Shown here piece by piece: positions 10,266 through 20,822 of a stretch of 64,000 nucleotides of DNA (within the stretch, counting starts at the first letter, position 1; each line of letters begins with the position of its first letter). The notes under the pieces were generated by a model that ran no database searches, was not told the DNA's origin, and saw nothing but the letters and a program-made list of their open reading frames with translations. The stretch lies in contig NZ_CAJUPR010000002.1 in assembly GCF_910588665.1 (NCBI RefSeq), positions 34,372-98,371 of the forward strand, read 5' to 3'. A program made the position numbers and the translations under genes. Origin of the DNA: an uncultured Brachyspira sp. Lineage in GTDB: Bacteria > Spirochaetota > Brachyspiria > Brachyspirales > Brachyspiraceae.

Positions 10266-11252
10266 ATGAACAGAAAATTTTTTTTAGATAAAAATGAAAG
10301 TCCTTACAAGCCGTCAAAAAATATTATTAAAGAGCTTGAAAAATTTGATATTGATTCATTAAGATTTTTTCCAGATTACAGCCCTAAAAATTTAGATGAA
10401 AGTATATCAAAATATTTCAATATAGAAGCAAATAATATAATTTCCGTTAACGGAATGTATGAGTCTTTTGCATGTATCATAAACTCTTATGACAAATATA
10501 AAATATTCCTGCAGGAACCTTACAGGGATTTGTACGTAAAAATATTTTCATACTATAAAATGAATTATGATATAATAGAGGCTAAGGAAGATTATAAAAT
10601 TCTGCTTAAAAAAAACATTAAAAATAAAAACTCAATAATAATATCAAGCAATCCCAATGCAGAAACGGGAATGTTTATAAATATAAAAGAAATTGAAAAA
10701 TTCCTAAAATATTATGAGGGTATATATGTAATAGATGAATCATATATAAATTTTGCAGGCGAAAGCGCTGTAAAATTAATAAACGATTATAAAAATCTAA
10801 TTATAATAAGATCCATCGCACATTCGCATTCAATATCTGGAATAAATGTTAATTTTATAATATCAAATGCATACAATATAGAAAATATGTCAAAATTAAG
10901 ACAAAAATACGGTATTAATAAAATATCCGAAACTATAATTCTGGCGGCAGTTAAAGACGAAAACACATCGTATAAAAATATATTAAATATAGTTTTAGAA
11001 AGAAAGAGATTGGATACTCTGCTAAGTAAGGAAGGATTTATTGTAATGCCTTCAAAAGCTAATTTTTTATTGATAAAGCATGTAAATAAAAATTCTGACT
11101 ATATATATAATAAATTATTAAACAGAAATATATTCATAAAAAAATACGATGAAAAAAATATATTATGCGGTTTTTTAAGAGTTACAGTATCTTCTCAAAA
11201 AATAAACAATATATTTTTAAATGAATTAAAAAATATACTCCATAATGATTAA
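10266..11252 (+). CDS. HisC-like class I/II aminotransferase fold, apparently lacking the PLP lysine
   Basis: LDKNESPY, NPNAETG, VIDESY, PSKANFLL and LRVTV are present. RTFSK is replaced by RSIAH. Confidence 0.8.
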   Translation: MNRKFFLDKNESPYKPSKNIIKELEKFDIDSLRFFPDYSPKNLDESISKYFNIEANNIISVNGMYESFACIINSYDKYKIFLQEPYRDLYVKIFSYYKMNYDIIEAKEDYKILLKKNIKNKNSIIISSNPNAETGMFINIKEIEKFLKYYEGIYVIDESYINFAGESAVKLINDYKNLIIIRSIAHSHSISGINVNFIISNAYNIENMSKLRQKYGINKISETIILAAVKDENTSYKNILNIVLERKRLDTLLSKEGFIVMPSKANFLLIKHVNKNSDYIYNKLLNRNIFIKKYDEKNILCGFLRVTVSSQKINNIFLNELKNILHND

Positions 11253-11257
11253 AAATA

Positions 11258-12022
11258 TCAATTAACTATAGCTTCATTAAATCTGAAATCTATTCTATGA
11301 GGCTGATTTTCCTGATACTGCAATGTTTTTAATATGGCTGCCAAATCCACAAACTTTTCGCTTTTTACATATTTTTCTAATATTACCTGAACCTGATATC
11401 CCCTAGGATAAACTATCAGATCATCTCCATAAGCATTAATCTCGGATATTAAATTATATATCTCATTATGATTTATTTTTAACTCATACATCACAGATGA
11501 TAAATATTTGGAATAATCATTCTCAACTTTTTTATTTGAAGAATTAATGGAAAGCCCTGTAATATAAGGTACATCATAATTATAAATAGCTTCATTTTTT
11601 ATGATATAAGCATCATCAGTAATTTCGTATATTCCCGTATCTGACTCAAGCAGAAATAAAGTTTCTCTCTCTTTTACATTAATTATAAGCAAATCAGGAA
11701 AAGAGGTTTTTATGCTTTCAACCTGAAGCCTTAAATTTCTTTCTATATTAGATTTTATTTCTTTTTTCGGTATATTAAAAAAACTAACATTATTGTATTT
11801 TGATAATTCGGATTCTCTCATTATGTCTACAGCATCTAAACTTCTTAATCCCCGTATTTCAACTCTTAAAACTCTTGCTTTATTTATAAAAACAGCGGAG
11901 GATAATACTGCTGTAATCAAAGCAAATATAATAAATATTTTTTTTATTATATTTTTCTGACTGTTTGTAAGCTTATTCTTTTTTAACTTTTTTTTAAGTT
12001 TATTTTCTTTCGGATTCTTCAT
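11258..12022 (-). CDS. ftsQ: Cell division protein FtsQ/DivIB
   Basis: Basic N-terminal tail, one TM helix, POTRA-like VEIRG...FPDLLIINVKER, and C-terminal IDFRF. Confidence 0.8.
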   Translation of the reverse strand: MKNPKENKLKKKLKKNKLTNSQKNIIKKIFIIFALITAVLSSAVFINKARVLRVEIRGLRSLDAVDIMRESELSKYNNVSFFNIPKKEIKSNIERNLRLQVESIKTSFPDLLIINVKERETLFLLESDTGIYEITDDAYIIKNEAIYNYDVPYITGLSINSSNKKVENDYSKYLSSVMYELKINHNEIYNLISEINAYGDDLIVYPRGYQVQVILEKYVKSEKFVDLAAILKTLQYQENQPHRIDFRFNEAIVN

Positions 12023-12048
12023 TATAATATCGGCGTTGTTAATTAAAT

Positions 12049-14004
12049 TTAATTAACACTGCATCCGCAATCAAAATCTTTTTCGGGCTTCATAACAGAA
12101 AGCGTCTCTCCATTGTCAGCCAAAAGAAGCATGCCATGAGAAGTAATGCCCCTGAACTTTTTAGGCTTTAAATTTGCCAAATAAAGCACGGTTTTTCCAA
12201 CCATATCCTCAGGCTTATAATACTCGGCTATAGAAGATACCACAACTCTCTGTTCTCCTCCTCCTATATCAAGTACAAATTTCAAAAGCTTATCCGCATT
12301 TTCAGCTTTCTCTGCAACTAATATTTTAGCAGTTAATAATTCAAGTTTTTCAAAATCTTCTTTTTCTATATTAGATTTATGTTTATCTTCTTTTGGAGGA
12401 TTAATTTGTTTTTTATTTTCTTCCGCAACTGCTCCTATTTCTTTTTCTACATCATATCTGTTAAATAAATGCCCGCCTTTCTCAATTTTCATTCCTGCTT
12501 TTAAAAATCCCCATTGCTTAGCACTGTCCAAAGAAACACTGTCTCCAAGCCCTAATCTGTTAAATACTTTTTTAGGAGTTTCAACAAAAAATATCTGCAG
12601 ATGAGCTGTTACTATATAGTATACCTGAAAAGATATATACATTACATTAGCCAAATGATCTTTTTTAGTTTCGTCTTTAGCCAAATTCCAAGGCGCACTC
12701 TCTTCCACATACTTGTTGGTTACTCTTATAACCTCCCAAATATGGGATAAAGCCTCATGAAATTTAAAACTATCCAAAGCAGATTCAACATTAGCATCAA
12801 GAGTAAGAGCCATTTTTTTAAGTTCTCTCTCCCTATCTCCGTAAACACTTTCAGCCTCTTTAGGAAGAATACCGTTAAAATACTTTCCAAGCATAGTAGT
12901 TATTCTATGCCATAAATTTCCGTAATCATTAGCCAAATCGCTGTTTATTCTCTTTAAAAAAAGCTCCTGAGAATAATATCCGTCAGAACCAAAATTAATT
13001 TCTCTTAAAAGAAAATATCTTAAAGCATCTATTCCGTATTTATCTATTAAGGTATTAGGATCTACAACATTTCCTCTGCTTTTGCTCATCTTCTTACCGT
13101 CATCAAAAAGCACCCAGCCATGACCGAATACCTTTTTAGGAAGAGGTATATCAAGCATTTTAAGCATTATAGGCCAGATAACGGCATGAAAACGGACTAT
13201 CTCCTTTCCCACAAAATGCACATCGGCAGCCCAGTATTTTTTATATAAATCATCTTCCCCGTCTTCAGGGTATCCTAAAGCAGTTATATAATTTGCCAAA
13301 GCATCAATCCATACATATATGCTATGCGCACTGTCAATAGGACAAGGTATTGCCCATTGAAGCCCTTTTCTTGTAACTGCTAAATCTTCAAGACCCGGAA
13401 GAAGAAAATTTTTAAGCATTTCATTTTGCCTCTCTTTAGGCTCTAAAAATTCAGGGTGCTCTTTATAATAATCTATTAGCCATTGACCGTAATCTGAAAG
13501 TTTAAGATAGTAGCATTCCTCTTCCTTATATTCTAATTCCTTTTCGCAGTCGGGACAATAATATTTGCCTCCGTCTCTTTTTATTACCTGACTTTCAGTA
13601 AAAAATGCCTCATCGCTTACGCAGTAAAGCCCTTTATATGCGCCTTTATAAATATAGCCTTTATCATAAAGAATCTTAAATATCTTTTGAACCCTTCTCT
13701 CATGATAATCATCGGTAGTTCTTATATAATGACTGTAATCAATATGAAGTCTTTTCCATAGCTTTTTAGCAGCATCAACTATATTATCAACATAAGCCTT
13801 GGGAGTAGTACCGGCCTCTTCCGATTTTCTTGCTATCTTCTCTCCATGCTCGTCTGTACCTGTCAGAAAATAAACATCATATCCCATCATTTTTTTATAT
13901 CTTGCTATTGTATCGGCTGCTATAGTACAGTAGCAATGCCCTATATGCAAATAATCTGAAGGATAGTATATCGGAGTTGTAATATAAAACTTTTTGTCTG
14001 TCAT
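12049..14004 (-). CDS. metG: Methionine--tRNA ligase
   Basis: YITTPIYY, HIGH and KMSKS motifs, plus a C-terminal tRNA-binding OB domain. Confidence 0.98.
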   Translation of the reverse strand: MTDKKFYITTPIYYPSDYLHIGHCYCTIAADTIARYKKMMGYDVYFLTGTDEHGEKIARKSEEAGTTPKAYVDNIVDAAKKLWKRLHIDYSHYIRTTDDYHERRVQKIFKILYDKGYIYKGAYKGLYCVSDEAFFTESQVIKRDGGKYYCPDCEKELEYKEEECYYLKLSDYGQWLIDYYKEHPEFLEPKERQNEMLKNFLLPGLEDLAVTRKGLQWAIPCPIDSAHSIYVWIDALANYITALGYPEDGEDDLYKKYWAADVHFVGKEIVRFHAVIWPIMLKMLDIPLPKKVFGHGWVLFDDGKKMSKSRGNVVDPNTLIDKYGIDALRYFLLREINFGSDGYYSQELFLKRINSDLANDYGNLWHRITTMLGKYFNGILPKEAESVYGDRERELKKMALTLDANVESALDSFKFHEALSHIWEVIRVTNKYVEESAPWNLAKDETKKDHLANVMYISFQVYYIVTAHLQIFFVETPKKVFNRLGLGDSVSLDSAKQWGFLKAGMKIEKGGHLFNRYDVEKEIGAVAEENKKQINPPKEDKHKSNIEKEDFEKLELLTAKILVAEKAENADKLLKFVLDIGGGEQRVVVSSIAEYYKPEDMVGKTVLYLANLKPKKFRGITSHGMLLLADNGETLSVMKPEKDFDCGCSVN

Positions 14005-14178
14005 CTGTATGCCTCTTAAGTTATGAAAAAAGTATATTTAAAAACAGAATTATTATACTAAAATTAAATATTTTTGTAAAGCTAAAAAAATTAACATATC
14101 ATCTTATTAAAAGTATTTTTATATATTAAAATTAATATAGAAATATAATAATTATATAAAAACTAAGTTTTATAATTT

Positions 14179-15063
14179 TTATATATTTATATAATAGCCT
14201 TCTTTTGCAAAAGCCAGCTTCAAATCAATTTCTTCTTTTTTGAGAAATGCCATTAATTTATTATATATAAGATCTATTTGAGAATCCGTTCTCTCCTGAT
14301 TATGATGATGAAGTATAACATAGGGAACATTTGCATCTAATCCCACCTGAATAGCATCATTCAATGTGGAATGCCCCCAGCCTACATGCCCATTATAATA
14401 TTCATTTTTAGTATACTCGCCTTCTATTATAAGAACATTAGCTCCCCGTACAAAATCTATTAATCTCGCATGAAGCAAATCGGCATTATGATTATAATGC
14501 GAAAGTGAAGGATGCTGTGCATGAAGACGCTTTTTATAAGGCTCATGATCTGTAAGATATACAACTGTCTTATTTTCAGATGTTATTTTATAAGAAAGAG
14601 TATGGCAGGGATGATTAACCCACATACTTTCTATAAGCATATTTCCAAAAGTTATTTTCTTTCCTTCATAAAAAGCTTCAAATTTTAAATTGGCGGCAAA
14701 CTGCTCTAAGTTAATGGGAAAATAATCTTTAGCCAATATATTATTAATAGTATCATACATTCCTGTAGATGATTCTTTAGGTCCGTATATTGTAAAGCTG
14801 TATTTATCGGAGAAAAAAGGCGCAAAGAAAGGTATGCCTATAATATGATCCCAATGAAAATGCGTTAATAATATAATGCTTTCCGTTTTCTCAGATTTTA
14901 AAGCATAATAGCTTGCATTTTTAAGTCCGCTTCCCGCATCAAGTATTAAATAATTTCCATCATCATCTATAACCTGCAAGCATGATGTATTTCCGCCGTA
15001 TATGCTGAAACTATTACCGGGAGTTGGTATAGAACCTCTGCTTCCAAGAAATCTTACTTTCAC
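14179..15063 (-). CDS. MBL-fold metallo-hydrolase
   Basis: GSRGSIP...YGGNTSC, THFHWDH and GWGHS motifs. Confidence 0.9.
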   Translation of the reverse strand: MKVRFLGSRGSIPTPGNSFSIYGGNTSCLQVIDDDGNYLILDAGSGLKNASYYALKSEKTESIILLTHFHWDHIIGIPFFAPFFSDKYSFTIYGPKESSTGMYDTINNILAKDYFPINLEQFAANLKFEAFYEGKKITFGNMLIESMWVNHPCHTLSYKITSENKTVVYLTDHEPYKKRLHAQHPSLSHYNHNADLLHARLIDFVRGANVLIIEGEYTKNEYYNGHVGWGHSTLNDAIQVGLDANVPYVILHHHNQERTDSQIDLIYNKLMAFLKKEEIDLKLAFAKEGYYINI

Positions 15064-15203
15064 AATTTAACCTTAAATGATTTTTTATTATTATAATAAT
15101 ATAATAATAAAAAAAAATCAATCATCATCATTAATATATTTACTTGTATTATTAGCAGATAAGGCTTATAATAAGCATAATAAATAAAAAAGGTTTATTA
15201 TTA

Positions 15204-15989
15204 ATGGGACTTTTTAAAATAATATCTTGGAATGTAAACGGCATAAGGGCAGCATATAAAAAGGGCTTAACAGATTTTATAAAAAAAGAAAATCCTGATA
15301 TAATATGCCTTCAGGAAACTAAAGCTTTTGAAGAGCAGCTTCCCGAAGATTTAAAAAATATTGATGGATATAAACTCTTTATAAATCCTGCAGACCCTGA
15401 AATAAAAAAAGGATACAGCGGCGTTGCAATATACACTAAATTAAATCCCAATAAGGAAATAAAAAACAAATTAGGGGCTAAATTTTCAGACAGAGAGGGA
15501 AGAATACTTTCTTTAGAGTTTGACGATTTTACTATATTTAATGTATATTTTCCGAACGGAGGCAAATCCGAAGAGCATTTTCAGTATAAGCTTTCTTTTT
15601 ATGATGAAATTACAAAACATTTAAGCAGAATTAAAAAGAATACAAATATAATATTATGCGGAGATATGAATATTGCGCATGAGGCTATAGATTTGGCAAG
15701 ACCTAAAGAAAATGAAAAAAGCATAGGTTTTCTCCCAGAAGAGCGAGAAAAAATAACAAAGTTTTTAAGCAAAGGCTTTACCGATACATTTAGAATATTT
15801 GTAAAAGAAGGCGGACATTACAGCTGGTGGGATATGAAAACAAGGTCTAGGGAAAAAAATGTGGGCTGGAGAATAGATTACTTCTTTGTTAATAATGAAA
15901 TAGCATGCGATATAAAAAGAGCGGATATATTAACTGATGTTATGGGAAGCGATCACTGTCCTATATTAATTGAATGGGACAGGAATTAA
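15204..15989 (+). CDS. xth: Exodeoxyribonuclease III / AP endonuclease
   Basis: SWNVNGIRA, LQETK, GDMNIAH, GWRIDY and SDHCP motifs. Confidence 0.95.
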   Translation: MGLFKIISWNVNGIRAAYKKGLTDFIKKENPDIICLQETKAFEEQLPEDLKNIDGYKLFINPADPEIKKGYSGVAIYTKLNPNKEIKNKLGAKFSDREGRILSLEFDDFTIFNVYFPNGGKSEEHFQYKLSFYDEITKHLSRIKKNTNIILCGDMNIAHEAIDLARPKENEKSIGFLPEEREKITKFLSKGFTDTFRIFVKEGGHYSWWDMKTRSREKNVGWRIDYFFVNNEIACDIKRADILTDVMGSDHCPILIEWDRN

Positions 15990-16080
15990 CAAATAAAAAA
16001 CTGCTTGATTTTTTAAAGTTTTATAATAATATTAAAAATCAGTGAATACAATACTATTTTATTTATATAAAGGAGTTTGT

Positions 16081-16413
16081 ATGGTTCGTACAATCATTGA
16101 GGATAAAACAGCCATAATTAACATAGAAAAAAATATTATATCAGAAAATGTGGATATATTAGAAGAAAAATTAAATTATATAAAAAATGCAGGCGCGCTT
16201 AATTTTATATTTGATTTTCATAATATAGAGTATATGTGCTCCTCCGCTTTGGGACTTATAGCATCTGCTTTAAGAATATCGGGAGAGAACGGAGGCATTG
16301 TTTATTTCTGTTCATTAAGCAGACAATTAAAGAAGCTATTTGAAGCTACAAAATTTTTAACTATAGTAAATACGGCAAATAATATAGATGATGCGCTTAA
16401 GAATATTAAATAA
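16081..16413 (+). CDS. STAS-domain anti-sigma-factor antagonist
   Basis: DFHNIEYMCSSALG motif. ATG 16081 follows AAGGAG. Confidence 0.85.
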   Translation: MVRTIIEDKTAIINIEKNIISENVDILEEKLNYIKNAGALNFIFDFHNIEYMCSSALGLIASALRISGENGGIVYFCSLSRQLKKLFEATKFLTIVNTANNIDDALKNIK

Positions 16414-16427
16414 ATTATAGGAAATAT

Positions 16428-16754
16428 ATGTTAATAGAAACTATCAAATTTATATATTATTTATTAATGCAGACTTTGAAACTATATTCTTTTATATGGT
16501 TTATATGGATTATATTAAGCTGGCTTCAGGCTTTCGGAGCTATGCATTTGGATTATTATAATCCGATAGTGAACTTTTTTTATAAAATTACAGACGGCGT
16601 AATAGATAAAGTATTCGGAAATTTCAGAGATAAGCTCATTATAGGAGTAATAGATATATCTCCTTTGGTATTTCTTTTAATTCTTCAATTAGCAGTTCCC
16701 GCATTACTCAGAATAGTTTTTCAATTTTTATTAAATATAGCTGCTAGGGTATAA
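16428..16754 (+). CDS. YggT family membrane protein
   Basis: ILSWL...NPIVNFFYKITD...IDISPLV pattern. Confidence 0.85.
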   Translation: MLIETIKFIYYLLMQTLKLYSFIWFIWIILSWLQAFGAMHLDYYNPIVNFFYKITDGVIDKVFGNFRDKLIIGVIDISPLVFLLILQLAVPALLRIVFQFLLNIAARV

Positions 16755-16757
16755 CTT

Positions 16758-18899
16758 ATGAGTTCCTTAGATGAAATAAGTAAATATATTGATGACGGCG
16801 ACTATAAAAAAGCAATAGAAGAATTAGACATAATTATATCAAAAGACCCTGATAATGCAAGAGCTTTTTATATGAGAGGCAAATCGGCATTTATAGAACT
16901 TCAGAATAAGGAGTTTGATAAAAACGAATACAATGCCAGAATAGCTTTAATATATTCAACAATAGAATATGATTTGAATAGATCCATAGATATTGATCCT
17001 AATATAATAGATGCATACAGAGGTCTTATGTATCTTAATAGGGATTTAAAGAATACGGATAAAGAAAGAGAATATGCTCAGATACTTTTTGAAAAAGACG
17101 CTTCAGCTTTTGATGCGCTTTTAATACTGGCAAGCAGCTATTTAAATAACGGTGAAAACGAAGCCGATTTTTATCAGGCTATAGGTTATTATGACGATTT
17201 TATTAAAAACTCAAGCTTTGACAGCGGCAGAACGGCAAGATTTGAAAGAGGTCTTTGCTATTATAATCTTAATATACTTACAAAAGCGGATATAGAGGCA
17301 AATAAGCTTATATACGATTTTCCTTTCTATGATGACGCTTATTTTCTTAAAGGAATAATACTTGCTAAAAAAGGCATCAGTTCGGAGTTTTATAATGATG
17401 CAATATTCTTTTTAGACAGGGCAGTAGAATTAAACTCCTTTAATTTCAATGCCGTATATGAAAGAGCCGAATGGTATTTTAATAAGGAAAATTACAGAAA
17501 GGCTATAGAAAATTATAATGAACTTTTAAATAATAACAGTAATAAATATAAATTAGACGCTTTACTTGGAAAGATTCAGGCTTTGCATGATTTAATTATA
17601 GAGAACGAAGATAAAGATTACCCAGACAGTCAGCAGGAAGGAAAAGATTTAGAGGAGGTTTTTTATCTTCTTGATAAAGCTATAAATGCAATAGGAATAA
17701 ATAGTATTCAGTGCCGATATTACAGAGGAAACTTATATGCCTATAATGGAGAAATAAAAAAATCGATAGAAGAGTTTAAAAAAATACTAAATGAAAATAA
17801 AGAAGATTGGATCTATGAAAAAATAGCCGAACTCTGCCATAATTATGCACAAAGCAATGATGATTATAAAGAAGCCTTAAAATATCTATCTCATATAAAA
17901 AAAACGCAGTATAAATATTCAACTTACTGCCTTATGATATTCTGCAATTATAAAATAAAAAATTATGAGGAAGCTGTGCAGTTATGCAGAGAGTTCTTTG
18001 AATTAGAAAATTACAGCGATAATGAAGTATATCATATAAAATTTATTTATGCTCATTCTCTTCAGATGACATACTCCAATGATTATGAATTAATACTTAA
18101 TAATTTTAAGTCATGCTTAAACAGTGATTTAGATAAAGCCTTAATATACAGACATGCAGCAAATATAATGCTTTATAATATGCCGAGCGAATATAATGAT
18201 GAGGGCATATATATGTTAAAAAAAGCTATGGAATTGAATGATTCTTTATCGTATTTTATATATTCAAAAGAATTATTTTACGGAGATATTATAAGCCCTA
18301 ATCCTAAATTGGCTGTATCTATTGCTGATACTGCATTTGAAATTGATAATAATTTAGAATGCGCATTAACTATTATAGGAAAAGCATACGAACTTGGAAG
18401 AGGATTAGAACAGAATAACAATAAAGCCTTTGAAATGTACATTAAAGCTAAAAAACTCTGCTGTATAAATAATTCAAAATGCTCATGCTCTGCAGGGCTT
18501 ACAGCTCATTGCTATTATAAAGGAATAGGCGTTAAAAAAAATGAAAATAAGGCTTTCAGTATTATAAAAAAGTACGCCGATATTTTTGGTAAAGATCTGC
18601 ATGAACATGCCGCATTATTATATTCATATTTTGCACTTAATAATATAGAAGGATTTAATCTGTTTAAAGCTTTGACTCTGTTTGAAAATATAGAACAGTA
18701 TTCTTCTAATGTATATATAATAATGACATTAAAAAGAATATATAAAAAGCTTGGTAGAAATTATGATGTAAAAAGAATGTCCAAAATGGAAAATAAGGCT
18801 TTAGAAAATACGGGAGAATTAAACCTTAATTATTTAAAAAAGTATATAAAAAATTTCAATAATTTTTATCCTATTTTAAGCAGGGATTTTAATCTTTGA
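16758..18899 (+). CDS. TPR / Sel1-like repeat protein
   Basis: Multiple TPR-like helices and C-terminal Sel1-like motifs (GKAYELGRGLEQN, CYYKGIGVKKN). Confidence 0.85.
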   Translation: MSSLDEISKYIDDGDYKKAIEELDIIISKDPDNARAFYMRGKSAFIELQNKEFDKNEYNARIALIYSTIEYDLNRSIDIDPNIIDAYRGLMYLNRDLKNTDKEREYAQILFEKDASAFDALLILASSYLNNGENEADFYQAIGYYDDFIKNSSFDSGRTARFERGLCYYNLNILTKADIEANKLIYDFPFYDDAYFLKGIILAKKGISSEFYNDAIFFLDRAVELNSFNFNAVYERAEWYFNKENYRKAIENYNELLNNNSNKYKLDALLGKIQALHDLIIENEDKDYPDSQQEGKDLEEVFYLLDKAINAIGINSIQCRYYRGNLYAYNGEIKKSIEEFKKILNENKEDWIYEKIAELCHNYAQSNDDYKEALKYLSHIKKTQYKYSTYCLMIFCNYKIKNYEEAVQLCREFFELENYSDNEVYHIKFIYAHSLQMTYSNDYELILNNFKSCLNSDLDKALIYRHAANIMLYNMPSEYNDEGIYMLKKAMELNDSLSYFIYSKELFYGDIISPNPKLAVSIADTAFEIDNNLECALTIIGKAYELGRGLEQNNNKAFEMYIKAKKLCCINNSKCSCSAGLTAHCYYKGIGVKKNENKAFSIIKKYADIFGKDLHEHAALLYSYFALNNIEGFNLFKALTLFENIEQYSSNVYIIMTLKRIYKKLGRNYDVKRMSKMENKALENTGELNLNYLKKYIKNFNNFYPILSRDFNL

Positions 18900-18960
18900 C
18901 AAAAAAATATATTATAGTAATATATAGCTTTATAAAATATAAAAATTAAGAGGTAATAAA

Positions 18961-19170
18961 ATGATAAACAAAACTATGAGTATAGGCGAGATTATACAGA
19001 TGTTTCCCGATTCTGTGGAAATAATGATGGAAAGAGGTCTGCATTGCGTAGGCTGTCATGTTGCAAGCTGGGAAAGCTTGGAAGAAGGCTGCAGGGGTCA
19101 TGGCATGAATGACGAAATTATAGACAGTCTTGTTAAAGAGATAAACGATAAATTTGAAGCTGGCAAATAA
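18961..19170 (+). CDS. DUF1858 domain protein
   Basis: MSIGEII...GLHCVGC...ESLEEGCRGHG motif. Confidence 0.9.
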   Translation: MINKTMSIGEIIQMFPDSVEIMMERGLHCVGCHVASWESLEEGCRGHGMNDEIIDSLVKEINDKFEAGK

Positions 19171-19182
19171 TATGCAGAAATT

Positions 19183-19213
19183 AAAGAGACGGTTTATAAA
19201 GCCGCCTCTTTTT
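19183..19213 (+). terminator. Intrinsic terminator (possibly bidirectional)
   Basis: aaagagacggttt-ata-aagccgcctcttttt between convergent genes. Confidence 0.75.
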
Positions 19214-19233
19214 ATATTATAAAGCTTTTATAA

Positions 19234-19980
19234 TTATTTGCCGTCTTTATACTCTCTGATAATTCCTCTTACTCTTATTGTAAGACCGTAAATTTTCTGT
19301 TCAGCTATAATAACATCTAAAGGCACCTGATTATAAATATTTGCGGAAATCAATGCATCAGTGCCGTATTTATCTTTTTCATAAATCCTTACAGCAGGGA
19401 GTTTTTCTCTTGATATTTTTGTTTTTAACTCTTCGCCTTCTTCTATAGTAAATCTTATATCTCTTTTTATATTTTTTCCTTCAAGCCAATTAACTTTAAA
19501 TGTACCTATATTTTTATCAACAAAACGCATAAAGAACACCAAAGACAAAGCATCGAAAGCCATTCCGCTAAACTCTATCTTTTCATTATCCGTTCTTTTA
19601 TCGCTGAACAGATAATAATTATCATAAAAAATTAAAGTTTCCTTATTAGTCCAATCTCCCTCCGATGTGTCTTTTTTTAATATCATAGGCTTAAAATCAT
19701 TTGTACATATCCATGCTTCAAATATATCGCTTACCTTATAAACCCAATTAGCAGCTCCCGTTGTATAAACATGAGCATATAAATGATAGGCGGGCTTTCC
19801 GTTTACATTGCTTACGGCAAGAACTTCAGCTTCAAGAACTCCCACTTTCCCGCTTATATTAAACTCAGGAACCTGCGCTAAAACATCATATTTTATATAC
19901 TCGCCGGGCTTAAAAGACTGATTGTATCCGAATATAATATTTGAAATTAATATAATTATTATAAAAACATATTTTTTCAT
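19234..19980 (-). CDS. DUF3108-like exported protein
   Basis: Signal peptide, FKPGEYIKYDV, YKVSDIFE and FDALSLVFFMR. The start at 19980 is chosen for AGGAG spacing. Confidence 0.7.
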   Translation of the reverse strand: MKKYVFIIIILISNIIFGYNQSFKPGEYIKYDVLAQVPEFNISGKVGVLEAEVLAVSNVNGKPAYHLYAHVYTTGAANWVYKVSDIFEAWICTNDFKPMILKKDTSEGDWTNKETLIFYDNYYLFSDKRTDNEKIEFSGMAFDALSLVFFMRFVDKNIGTFKVNWLEGKNIKRDIRFTIEEGEELKTKISREKLPAVRIYEKDKYGTDALISANIYNQVPLDVIIAEQKIYGLTIRVRGIIREYKDGK

Positions 19981-20007
19981 TATAGGCATCTCCTAAAATA
20001 TATTTTT

Positions 20008-20310
20008 TTTATTGTTGCTATGTTCGCCTTCGGCTCGCTTCATTATATATTATTATTTTATTTATTTCTATTATTGCTATGCTTGAACTTGGCTGATTAC
20101 GGAGGGTTTATAAATAATCCCGCCGCCTCGTTCCCGCTTTATTTATTGTTATGCTTTTATTATTGCTATGTGAGTACCTGCCTTATTTAATGTTTTTCTA
20201 TTTTTCCTGTTCTTTTTTGTACGGGCAAAAAAGAAGCAAAAAAACCCTTTTCTTTTTTTATCAAAAAAAGAAAAGGAAAGAGAAATAATAATAAACATTA
20301 ATAGAAATAT
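20008..20310 (+). repeat. Composite dispersed intergenic repeat (TTATTGCTATG motifs, GTTCGC..GCTCGC hairpin, module B)
   Basis: 20208-20306 aligns by eye with 29217-29314 (tgttctttttt..aaaaagaa.caaaaaa..tcaaaaaaag..aaataataataaacattaata). Confidence 0.75.
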
Positions 20311-20469
20311 AGAATAATAAAAAATAATACAGAAAAATTTTACTCCCTTATATTATTATTGCTATTATCCTGCCGAATTTACTTAAATTAATATTTAAGT
20401 AATTTATACTTAAAATTTTTATTTTTGTCAAAGATTTATTAATTATTTTTTTATAATTACAATAATTTT

Positions 20470-20760
20470 ATATGTTTTACAGTTGCGAAATATCATTTTT
20501 TTAGTATATTATTACTTCGGCTTACAGTATATTCATTAAAAACTTGGATTAATATATCGGCGGTTACATTAATATCAACTATGCTTGGGCAGGTAATATT
20601 CACTTGGCTTTTAAAGCCTCCGTTATATACATTACAATATTAGGAGAAGCTGCTGGGGGCATGCATATTAGGGTACTTTATACTTAATGAGAATATTGCA
20701 GGAATACTGATTATATTGCTTGGAATAGGATTATTTTTTAATAGAAAAGAAATGCTTATT
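20470..20760 (+). pseudogene. Decayed C-terminal remnant of an EamA/DMT-family transporter
   Basis: Read across frameshifts: KTWINISAVTLISTMLGQVIFTWLLK / ASVIYITILGEAAG / ACILGYFILNENIAGILIILLGIGLFF. This matches the DMT C-terminal pattern. Not in the ORF track. Confidence 0.65.
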
Positions 20761-20822
20761 AATATAATTTTTGAATATTATAATACTTACTATAAAACTA
20801 AAAAATCAAGGAGCTAAATTTT

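Noticed and set aside
20008..20370. Recurring TTATTGCTATG as a possible degenerate CRISPR array
   Set aside because: The repeat is only about 11 nt, spacing is irregular, and no cas genes are present.
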